From positions 1 to 32,814 of the IMG/VR virus record IMGVR_UViG_3300005805_000273: a stretch of DNA of 32,814 nt; one strand, 5' to 3'. Each line of letters opens with the position of its first letter. Position 1 is the first letter of the stretch. This DNA is from a virus. Taxonomy: Duplodnaviria > Caudoviricetes. This document shows, piece by piece, positions 17,857 to 24,761 of the stretch. The notes under the pieces are model-generated. The model was not told the origin of the DNA, searched no databases, and saw only the letters and a list, made by a program, of their open reading frames with translations. The translations under genes and the position numbers were made by a program.

Positions 17857-17932
17857 TGGTGCCCCAGGATGGACTTGAACCACCGACCTCACGGATATAA
17901 GCCGTCTGCTCTGACCACTGAGCTACTGGGGC
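17857..17932 (-). tRNA. tRNA-Ile(TAT)
   Basis: Cloverleaf, loop CT-TAT-AT, discriminator A, CCA. Confidence 0.88.
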
Positions 17933-17937
17933 GTTAA

Positions 17938-18087
17938 TCATTTTTTTAAAATAAATTCATCTGCATATTGCTTAGCCCACAATGCATAAGAAAAATTATC
18001 ACAAGAAGAATCCCAAGTCAAGAAATTTTTCAACCCAGATTTTTCAAGTCTTTCTAATCGCATCTTATAATAATCCAGCCAAGTCAT
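17938..18087 (-). CDS. Small hypothetical protein between tRNAs (49 aa)
   Basis: MTWLDYYKMRLE...; AAGGA RBS. Confidence 0.55.
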   Translation of the reverse strand: MTWLDYYKMRLERLEKSGLKNFLTWDSSCDNFSYALWAKQYADEFILKK

Positions 18088-18102
18088 ATCTATCCTTTAA
18101 TT

Positions 18103-18187
18103 TGGTACCTCGGGCCGGACTCGAACCGGCACGCAATTAAGCGAGGGATTTTAAGTCCCTTGTGTCTACCTATTCCACCACCGAGGC
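18103..18187 (-). tRNA. tRNA-Leu(TAA)
   Basis: Long variable arm, loop CT-TAA-AA, CCA. Confidence 0.95.
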
Positions 18188-18193
18188 ATTGTT

Positions 18194-18270
18194 TGGCCTG
18201 CCCGGAGGGATTCGAACCCCCGACCAACGGCTTAGAAGGCCGTTGCTCTATCCTACTGAGCTACGGGCAG
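18194..18270 (-). tRNA. tRNA-Arg(TCT)
   Basis: Loop CT-TCT-AA, GCCA. Confidence 0.95.
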
Positions 18271-18271
18271 A

Positions 18272-18493
18272 TTAATTACTCAGGGCTTCTCGTTCCATGT
18301 CTTCCATTTTTGCGCGAATCTTCATGTACATTCGATATTTTTCATTATACTCTAGCCAAAAAGGATTGTCAACTTCTTCAGCATCAAGTTTTGCTCCACG
18401 AGATTTATCATCTAAAAAATCATCAAACCAATCATTCAGTTCATCAATCTGCTTCTTAAAAGCGGTATACTTTACAATGTCTCGCATAATCAA
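18272..18493 (-). CDS. Hypothetical protein
   Basis: ORF overlapping the upstream stop codon. Confidence 0.65.
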   Translation of the reverse strand: MIMRDIVKYTAFKKQIDELNDWFDDFLDDKSRGAKLDAEEVDNPFWLEYNEKYRMYMKIRAKMEDMEREALSN

Positions 18494-18855
18494 CCTCGGC
18501 GCATTCTAGAAATTTCAATAGCCTGTTCTTTCTTGAAGACAGGAACCAAATTGCTCTTGTGCATCACTGCAATGCCGAGCAAGTTATCACCAGTATACTT
18601 GGGAGCCTCTTTGCGTGAGGTGTCACACATATTCGTTTCTAGACTTGGAATGTGTGCGGTTGTATTTCGTCTGTAATTATTTGCAACTACTAGCGTTTTG
18701 CAACTCTTTGGTTTGTAAGAAGTGGCCTTAAGTGTATTTACAGCATCAAGACCTACACTGCTGCGCCACTGGTTATATTCTTGCAATCGCAAACGGTCTG
18801 CCTTGGTCGGTTTACGCTTGCGACTCTTGGGAACGTTATGTGTATGAATCATCAT
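18490..18855 (-). CDS. Conserved hypothetical phage protein
   Basis: YTG..L.GIA.MHKSNLVPVF...ISRMRR motif; start set downstream of the promoter. Confidence 0.75.
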   Translation of the reverse strand: MMIHTHNVPKSRKRKPTKADRLRLQEYNQWRSSVGLDAVNTLKATSYKPKSCKTLVVANNYRRNTTAHIPSLETNMCDTSRKEAPKYTGDNLLGIAVMHKSNLVPVFKKEQAIEISRMRRG

Positions 18856-18864
18856 AGTGAGTAC

Positions 18865-18893
18865 ATTCTCGCACATTATTTGAATACTGTCAA
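18865..18893 (-). promoter_or_regulatory. Sigma70-type promoter with extended -10
   Basis: TTGACA-N17-GAGAAT, preceded by TGc. Confidence 0.65.
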
Positions 18894-18927
18894 CAGCCAA
18901 AATGGAAGACTTAAACGATTCTTAAAT

Positions 18928-19404
18928 TTAGGAATAAGTTTCCCTAATTTCCTTAAGCCTATCTGCTGCATAACTCGCAGCAAAAGCCTTTGGCTTTATC
19001 ATTGGAATAACATTACATGTTCCACGAATGTATCCAACAGCTTGGCTTAACACCATATTGCTATTATGCAGTTCAGATGGATTTAAGTCAAGATGAATCT
19101 CGACGTGTCTATCAGCAAATATATCAGCCATTTTTAGGTATATTTCTGATACCTTAAAAACCTCGCGCATGAGTCTGATATTAGGTCTGTCAATGCGCTG
19201 GTCATAATCACGTTCACGAAATACTTCACCAAATATTTTGCAGCCATTGTTGCCGTTAATGTGACAGACAATGGCTACAATATAATCAGCATACCAAATG
19301 TCACGAACCTTGATTCTCTCTGAATCACACCCCAAATAGATTTTAGTTTCTAGAGTTTGATTTCTTAGATAGTCAGTAATTTCGTGTTCATCAATTTTAA
19401 ACAT
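18928..19404 (-). CDS. RNase H-like protein (YkuK/DUF458 family)
   Basis: IYLGCDS, RLMREV, EIHLDLN, AASYAADR. Confidence 0.8.
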   Translation of the reverse strand: MFKIDEHEITDYLRNQTLETKIYLGCDSERIKVRDIWYADYIVAIVCHINGNNGCKIFGEVFRERDYDQRIDRPNIRLMREVFKVSEIYLKMADIFADRHVEIHLDLNPSELHNSNMVLSQAVGYIRGTCNVIPMIKPKAFAASYAADRLKEIRETYS

Positions 19405-19410
19405 TAAATA

Positions 19411-20160
19411 TTAATCCATGTTCAAAATGTCTTTTATCTTTCGAAGATGTTTGTAATCGAGCACAGCATCCGTCATGGAATTAATAGATTCTACAATTAA
19501 ATTTTTATCTTCGTCATGAAGGCTGTTATAAGGAAGAACATCAACATTAATGAAAAATGCTGAGGTTTCATTTTCAACCACTGACAATGTAGTTTGGTGT
19601 TCTATTCTAAACCATAGGTCATCTAGAGTTTCTGGAGGTTCTGAAAATTCTGGGTCATTATAATGATATGCGGGATGCATACTCAACATTCCTACCGGAG
19701 CTACGGTCCAAACATATCGATGATAGTTATATTTTCCACAAAGTAATTGTGTTAGCTTATTACTCATTTGCCTAAGCAATTCACCATCAGCAACAGGTTC
19801 GTGTATTTCCTCAAGTGTTTTTCCTTGCTTATCTTCTAAGGACCATCCACTAGGAAATGCAACAAAAGCTGCTTCTATTTTTCCTTTATGAAGAATAATA
19901 ACATCTTCTTGAATGTTCAACCCTAAAGAAACAATCGTATTATATTCATCGCTCAAATTTAATTTCTTAACCGTTTTCTTAACCAATTCATTTTCGATAG
20001 CAATATCACTTTCAAAATGAATAAGGTTGCCTAGCACTGAATATTCGGTCTCTTTTTCTTCCGTGAAGAAGTCCATCGCAGGCTGAACAATAATCGGACC
20101 TTCATATTTTTCCATATGAGGGTTTGTACTATACGGATTTTTTATTATTTTTTCAAACAT
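19411..20160 (-). CDS. DUF3445 / heme-dependent oxidative N-demethylase alpha-like protein
   Basis: QEDVIIL, FPSGWSLEDK.GKTL.EIHEPV, R..W, FRIEHQT. Confidence 0.78.
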   Translation of the reverse strand: MFEKIIKNPYSTNPHMEKYEGPIIVQPAMDFFTEEKETEYSVLGNLIHFESDIAIENELVKKTVKKLNLSDEYNTIVSLGLNIQEDVIILHKGKIEAAFVAFPSGWSLEDKQGKTLEEIHEPVADGELLRQMSNKLTQLLCGKYNYHRYVWTVAPVGMLSMHPAYHYNDPEFSEPPETLDDLWFRIEHQTTLSVVENETSAFFINVDVLPYNSLHDEDKNLIVESINSMTDAVLDYKHLRKIKDILNMD

Positions 20161-20177
20161 ATATTAATATCCAAAGT

Positions 20178-20254
20178 TGGTCTGGGTGGAGGGATTTGAA
20201 CCCCCAACCCTTTGCTCCCAAAGCAAAAGCTCTACCAAATTGAGCTACACCCAG
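20178..20254 (-). tRNA. tRNA-Pro(TGG)
   Basis: C1-G72, loop TT-TGG-GA, ACCA. Confidence 0.95.
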
Positions 20255-20259
20255 AATTG

Positions 20260-20335
<76 letters not shown>

Positions 20336-20339
20336 AAAA

Positions 20340-20483
20340 TTAATTAGCCTTTTGTGTTTTGTGATGAAATTTATTATGCGACTTGTAAGGTGCTCTTTCA
20401 GGACCTTTCTCTTCCTTATGTGAGCATCCTGTCACGAAGACTATCAATGCAATCATAACTGAAAGAAAAGTTTTTTTCAACAT
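20340..20483 (-). CDS. Small lipoprotein (47 aa)
   Basis: MLKK + hydrophobic core + lipobox VTG-C; AAGG upstream. Confidence 0.65.
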   Translation of the reverse strand: MLKKTFLSVMIALIVFVTGCSHKEEKGPERAPYKSHNKFHHKTQKAN

Positions 20484-20598
20484 CAGCTTTACCTTTCCTC
20501 GAATAGTTCTTTTTATTTTCCACAACACGCATACGAAAAAGACCCGATGGGTCCTTTATCGCTTTAGACAATTTAGAACGTACTTTAGTTCGCATCAC
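20416..20598 (-). CDS. ArfA-like small basic protein (putative alternative ribosome rescue factor)
   Basis: KDPSGLFRMRVVENKKNYSRKGK versus recalled E. coli ArfA [24 protein letters not shown]. Confidence 0.55.
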   Translation of the reverse strand: MMRTKVRSKLSKAIKDPSGLFRMRVVENKKNYSRKGKADVEKNFSFSYDCIDSLRDRMLT

Positions 20599-20834
20599 CG
20601 ATACCTCACATAGTTTTCGTCAAGTAACCGTTCGCCCACAGAATGAATATGGCGACACTTGCCATGATAAGTGAATCCAGCACATTCACAAGTAAATCCT
20701 TTATCTTCCATTGTTACACGATATTCACTTCCATCACGAGAAGAAATGAATGGCCATTCAATACCCACAAAAATATGATTCTTGGTAGTGATACCAGGAA
20801 TTATAAAGGGCTTTCTATTATATCTCTTTTTCAC
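20595..20834 (-). CDS. SWIM zinc-finger protein
   Basis: Y.V......TCECAGFTYHGKCRH (CxC-xn-CxH); GTG start overlapping the upstream TGA. Confidence 0.8.
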   Translation of the reverse strand: MKKRYNRKPFIIPGITTKNHIFVGIEWPFISSRDGSEYRVTMEDKGFTCECAGFTYHGKCRHIHSVGERLLDENYVRYR

Positions 20835-21091
20835 GATTGAACAACTGAATAAGAAATAATATTTTCCACAATCATTGAACGCCAACCCTGGATTTGCGTA
20901 TCAAATACAGCAATCGACCGAGTATTTGTTGGCGGCTTTTTTTGTCTATCAGGTGAAAATGTACCTTCAATGGTTTCTGGCATCAGAGTGCAAACCATTT
21001 CTCTCTCGGAGCCATCAAGTTTTGTGAAAACAATTCTCAATACATTTTCACGCAATAAATTACGCAGTTCATTATATTCAATTTCCATCAA
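20831..21091 (-). CDS. WYL_2/DUF2693-like SH3-fold protein
   Basis: FTK.DGSEREM.CTL...VFD....GWRS. Confidence 0.75.
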   Translation of the reverse strand: MMEIEYNELRNLLRENVLRIVFTKLDGSEREMVCTLMPETIEGTFSPDRQKKPPTNTRSIAVFDTQIQGWRSMIVENIISYSVVQS

Positions 21092-21396
21092 TACGCTTCC
21101 ATCTCAATCGAATTCAAACCAAACAAATAGTATTCATGCCTATTTTCAAAATCAACAGCCGACATTTTTTCAGTAAAGGCTTCGATTATCGCGGGCGGTT
21201 CACTGGCAACATCGAATACATGCCCAATCATAGTAACATTTTCGGCTTCGTAAATTACCCGAACAACCACATTCAACTTAATCGATTTCACCTTGCAGTA
21301 CGCAAGCAAATCTCTATAAGCTGGATTCAATAAAATATGTCTGCGAACGAAAGGATTTTCTTCCGTGGCACTGTGTTCATAATATTCGTAACGCAT
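21088..21396 (-). CDS. Hypothetical protein
   Basis: ORF in operon. Confidence 0.6.
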   Translation of the reverse strand: MRYEYYEHSATEENPFVRRHILLNPAYRDLLAYCKVKSIKLNVVVRVIYEAENVTMIGHVFDVASEPPAIIEAFTEKMSAVDFENRHEYYLFGLNSIEMEAY

Positions 21397-21598
21397 TTTC
21401 TCAACTCAAAACAGAAGTCCCAACGTGAACCCCAAAACAAAAGAAAAAGTAGAAGTCAACAAAAGTTCCAATTTTGTAGGTGAATAAAGTCTAAGATTAT
21501 AAAAGTTCATTAAAATTCTTCCCAGTTAATTTCATTACTAAATCGCCCATCAATGTTTCCGTAAGATAATTCTTCACGGGAGCTTTAGTGTATCAAAA

Positions 21599-21835
21599 TT
21601 AAATAAACATGTCAAGGTCGCTTCGCTTTTTTGTGCAAGCACGAACCTTTTCAACATAGTAATCCAACCCGTTTACTCGCTGCTCAACTGCACCACAATT
21701 AGGCATCATGCAGTTAATTAGTTCGTGAATAATCGCAGCATCCTCGGGAGAAAACATTCGATTAATATTCTTGTGAAAAGCCGAAAACTCAAAACAAGAA
21801 TGTTCGTCACCAATCGTAATTTTATAAAGAGCCAT
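21599..21835 (-). CDS. Hypothetical protein
   Basis: ORF with GAGGA RBS. Confidence 0.65.
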   Translation of the reverse strand: MALYKITIGDEHSCFEFSAFHKNINRMFSPEDAAIIHELINCMMPNCGAVEQRVNGLDYYVEKVRACTKKRSDLDMFI

Positions 21836-21952
21836 AAATCCTCTTACTTAGGAAACACCGCAGCGTCCATCGCACGAAAAAACACATTAGCAATCAAGTA
21901 GAACAAAATAGCGTATTCCATTTCCGTATCACTCTCTCATTTCACAGTTATC

Positions 21953-22028
21953 ATTATACTGTAAGCGGAAGAGAAGTCAAGAACTTTAATTCGTTCAAAA
22001 TCAATAAATTACAGTAAGTCATTGATTT
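21953..22028 (-). promoter_or_regulatory. Early promoter with upstream inverted pair of IHF-like sites
   Basis: TTGACT-N16-TATAAT (21980-21953); palindrome aaatcaataaattacagtaagtcattgattt at 21998-22028. Confidence 0.8.
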
Positions 22029-22067
22029 TAAAAGAAAACTATTTTTCGCTTCTAAATCAACAACTTA

Positions 22068-22616
22068 CTAAAATTCTGACTCGATACGGGAAGAAAACGA
22101 TACGGGGCGAAGGAATTGCACGGATTCGAACGAGAAAGTTCGGTTTCCTCGCATCGCGGTATGGAACTCGGATGCTCGGTTAGGGTGCCACTTCCCAACA
22201 GATTCAGACTTACCCATTCCAGGATATCCACCTTCGCGAGTGCCATGTAGATGGGCTTCTTCAGAATCATGCGCCTTGTGCAAAACAGAGTCCTGCCCAT
22301 ACTTCTGCCCATGCTTCTTCAGAAAAGATAGAAGCTGACCCTTGTCTTCACCTTCTTTACCAATCACCAGATAGGACTTCTCATCGACAGGCGTTGCCTT
22401 GTCGGTTCCATGATTTTCGATGTAGCGACCCTTGACCTTAACAAAACCGTAACCCGCCTTGCGAATGTGTCCTTCAAGTTCAGAGTTACGCTTGTTATTT
22501 TCTTCAGCGGTATTTTCACCACGATGTGCGGTAATCATACCAATGTTACGCCCTTGAGTATGGGTGTGTACGCGAGAAAGGCTTGATTCGTTAAAAAGAG
22601 TCTTGAATGATTGCAT
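22068..22616 (-). CDS. SAM lyase-like protein (T3 SAMase-type pattern) with capsid-targeting-like N-terminus
   Basis: ITAHR....N..RN..L...IR, GRYIE, DEKSY, YGQDSVL match recalled T3 motifs VSAFR, GCYRE, EEKTV, WEQDCVL; starts MQSFKTLFNE. Confidence 0.55.
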   Translation of the reverse strand: MQSFKTLFNESSLSRVHTHTQGRNIGMITAHRGENTAEENNKRNSELEGHIRKAGYGFVKVKGRYIENHGTDKATPVDEKSYLVIGKEGEDKGQLLSFLKKHGQKYGQDSVLHKAHDSEEAHLHGTREGGYPGMGKSESVGKWHPNRASEFHTAMRGNRTFSFESVQFLRPVSFSSRIESEF

Positions 22617-22712
22617 TATTTTTCTCTCTTGAAAAGAATAAAACTTATTAGAGCACCGACGGCATAGCCAAAAAGAAACCAGAGAAATGGTATATCGTCG
22701 TGCATAATACTT

Positions 22713-22720
22713 TATTTATC
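22713..22720 (-). promoter_or_regulatory. Putative late promoter GATAAATA
   Basis: 7/8 match; upstream of a tiny hydrophobic ORF and the SAM lyase-like gene. Confidence 0.5.
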
Positions 22721-22847
22721 TTTATTTTGATTTGCATGAAAATTTTCAATAACTCTCTTTAGAGCATCATTCTCCTTCTTCAGTTTTTCATTCTGAGAAA
22801 GAAGTTTTTTTATATACTCCTTGAGTACAGAAAATTCCTCTTGTTTC

Positions 22848-23030
22848 TTAGACAGCATTTTCAAAATAATTTTTTATAAATTGTTTCTGAGAGTCCGAAA
22901 GCATTTCAGTTAGTGCAACTAAAAACGAATCAATGCCATAATTCTCCATGGCGTTGACCGAATCGGAGACAGCCCAAAAAAGGGCTGCCTCTTCCTGCTG
23001 CTGCTGGTCAAAGGCGCATTCATCATGCAT
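22848..23030 (-). CDS. Hypothetical protein (MHDECAF...)
   Basis: Start reassigned; GAGGA upstream. Confidence 0.6.
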   Translation of the reverse strand: MHDECAFDQQQQEEAALFWAVSDSVNAMENYGIDSFLVALTEMLSDSQKQFIKNYFENAV

Positions 23031-23391
23031 TGACGGTATCCTCTTCAAAGGTTTCCTGTTCAACAACTTCTTCAACTGATTCTGGCTGAGTAGATGCAAC
23101 TACAACAACTACAACCTTCTGACCAAGAAGAGTCAGCGCAGCCTGCATATTCATAATCTGATATGCGGACACCTTGCGACCAGAGGCTCGAATGGCCTTG
23201 ACCACAATGCCTCGGCTCTTGATTTCCCAAAGGTAGACCGACATACGATTCATCTTAACCTTGTCGCCAAGGAAGAAACCAATCTCATCAACCGTCACCT
23301 GACGACCCGTATCACGCGATTCTGGGTTCATGCAGAGAACGCCAAGAACATGTTCAAACTGTGTCATACTATTAGACTTACCACGTGCCAT
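23023..23391 (-). CDS. Hypothetical protein, possible winged HTH
   Basis: AGGAG RBS; first gene after a promoter. Confidence 0.65.
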   Translation of the reverse strand: MARGKSNSMTQFEHVLGVLCMNPESRDTGRQVTVDEIGFFLGDKVKMNRMSVYLWEIKSRGIVVKAIRASGRKVSAYQIMNMQAALTLLGQKVVVVVVASTQPESVEEVVEQETFEEDTVNA

Positions 23392-23432
23392 GTTACTCAC
23401 TCCTACATAATATAAAATTAACCGACAGAGAC

Positions 23433-23461
23433 AGTGTAATGTATTCCGGGTCCTCCGTCAA
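23433..23461 (-). promoter_or_regulatory. Sigma70-type promoter
   Basis: TTGACG-N17-TACACT. Confidence 0.7.
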
Positions 23462-23503
23462 TACCCAAAACACGATTCCTAATACTTTCTTGCTTTTAGG
23501 AAA

Positions 23504-23680
23504 TTAATTTACTGAACCAAGGAAAAAGAAAGAAGCAACTCCACAAGCTATTGCGTACACACAAGTAAAGATACGCATTTCGTTTTTGAGGGATTGCACA
23601 GTCACGCGAATCATATCAATAGATTCATGAATTTCATCCATTGTATTATGAATATTCTGCATCATTTCGTCATTCGACAT
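23504..23680 (-). CDS. Small protein with C-terminal membrane anchor (58 aa)
   Basis: Hand-translated MSNDEMMQ...ACGVASFFFLGSVN; AGGAG RBS. Confidence 0.6.
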   Translation of the reverse strand: MSNDEMMQNIHNTMDEIHESIDMIRVTVQSLKNEMRIFTCVYAIACGVASFFFLGSVN

Positions 23681-23697
23681 AATAGAGCTCCTAATGT

Positions 23698-23889
23698 TTA
23701 ACCACCCACTTCAAGGCGGCGAGTAATTTTCAGTTCTTCTTCTTTTTGTTTTTCCACCATTCTTGCGAATAGTACAACTTCGGCTAAACTCGCAGTGGGA
23801 GAAACATAATAGCGCCCAGTTTTTTCTGAACGCATAATATCAAGTAATCCCGCATCGACCGCCAAATCTTGAATTTTTCTTGAATCCAT
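23698..23889 (-). CDS. Hypothetical protein
   Basis: ORF in operon. Confidence 0.6.
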   Translation of the reverse strand: MDSRKIQDLAVDAGLLDIMRSEKTGRYYVSPTASLAEVVLFARMVEKQKEEELKITRRLEVGG

Positions 23890-23892
23890 AAT

Positions 23893-24318
23893 TTACATCC
23901 CCTTGCAACCAAAATACATCTTTTCATCTTTAAACCAAAGCGAAATTGGTTGCATTTGATTCATCGCAGAAATACCCAATATATTCAAATTATTGGGAAG
24001 TGCAACCGCTTCAAAATCTCTTATGACGCAACCAGATATAATTAAGAAAGGAACATGATATACTCCGACACGCACCTTTCTACCGTCAGCCAGAAGCACA
24101 TAACTGTGTTTATACGGAGTTATATGCAACTTATTTTTTAAATCAATTGAGATGACCGATATTGACGCACCAGTATCAATTAACATATCAACCGTATAAT
24201 CGCCAATGAGACCTCTGACCTCGTATGCGCCACCGCTTCTCATGTGAATATCCGCCACTTTCTGGTCAGCGTAGCAAAAAGCTGAAAACCAGAGAAAAAT
24301 GGCGGCAATAAGTTTCAA
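23893..24318 (-). CDS. Retropepsin-like aspartic protease with signal peptide
   Basis: MLIDTGAS catalytic motif, LADG flap, ILGIS. Confidence 0.85.
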   Translation of the reverse strand: MKLIAAIFLWFSAFCYADQKVADIHMRSGGAYEVRGLIGDYTVDMLIDTGASISVISIDLKNKLHITPYKHSYVLLADGRKVRVGVYHVPFLIISGCVIRDFEAVALPNNLNILGISAMNQMQPISLWFKDEKMYFGCKGM

Positions 24319-24363
24319 TGCTCATCCTCGGAAGAGTATAAACTTATTTAGAATAATGGAAAT

Positions 24364-24558
24364 TTACAGTTCGCCATGGTCAATTACGTCCGTGGGCTCA
24401 ATTTTTGGATACCAAGAGTAAATTTTCCGTAAAGCCTTGCCGAGAGATGGCGCAATCGCCGTCACCCAGTCTTCGGTTCCGTCTTCTTCCTCGAAAAAGA
24501 CTTGGTAGAGTCTATTTTTGACAATCATAATGAAAAAACGGCTATTTTTCTGACACAC
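24364..24558 (-). CDS. Hypothetical protein (start uncertain)
   Basis: First ORF after an early promoter. Confidence 0.55.
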   Translation of the reverse strand: MCQKNSRFFIMIVKNRLYQVFFEEEDGTEDWVTAIAPSLGKALRKIYSWYPKIEPTDVIDHGEL

Positions 24559-24563
24559 CAGTC

Positions 24564-24638
24564 ATTCTACAGGCTGAAAACTCCATTGTCAAGGGTTTTT
24601 TTTCGCTTATAAATCAAAGACTTATAAATTATTGATTT
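24564..24638 (-). promoter_or_regulatory. Early promoter with upstream inverted pair of IHF-like sites
   Basis: TTGACA-N17-TAGAAT (24592-24564); palindrome aaatcaaagacttataaattattgattt at 24611-24638. Confidence 0.8.
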
Positions 24639-24675
24639 TATTGGCTTTTTTACTCAAAAAGAGACGGCTGGAGAC

Positions 24676-24746
24676 GGTTTCTGGGCGGTTTTCCGTGTCT
24701 GGGGTGTAGTCAGACACATATTTTAAGGAAAAACCGCCCAGAAACC
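24676..24746. repeat. Long inverted repeat with nested hairpin
   Basis: ggtttctgggcggttttcc ... ggaaaaaccgcccagaaacc enclosing gtgtctg/cagacac. Confidence 0.85.
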
Positions 24747-24761
24747 TGGAGAATAGCGGAG

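Noticed and set aside
17852-17941. N-terminal extension of ORF 17696-17941
   Set aside because: It reads through tRNA-Ile(TAT); the plausible start is 17851.
18160-18459. 99-aa + strand ORF
   Set aside because: Antisense to two tRNAs and a - strand gene.
23893-24318. Retroelement suggested by the retropepsin
   Set aside because: No reverse transcriptase or integrase nearby; it resembles bacterial stand-alone aspartic proteases.
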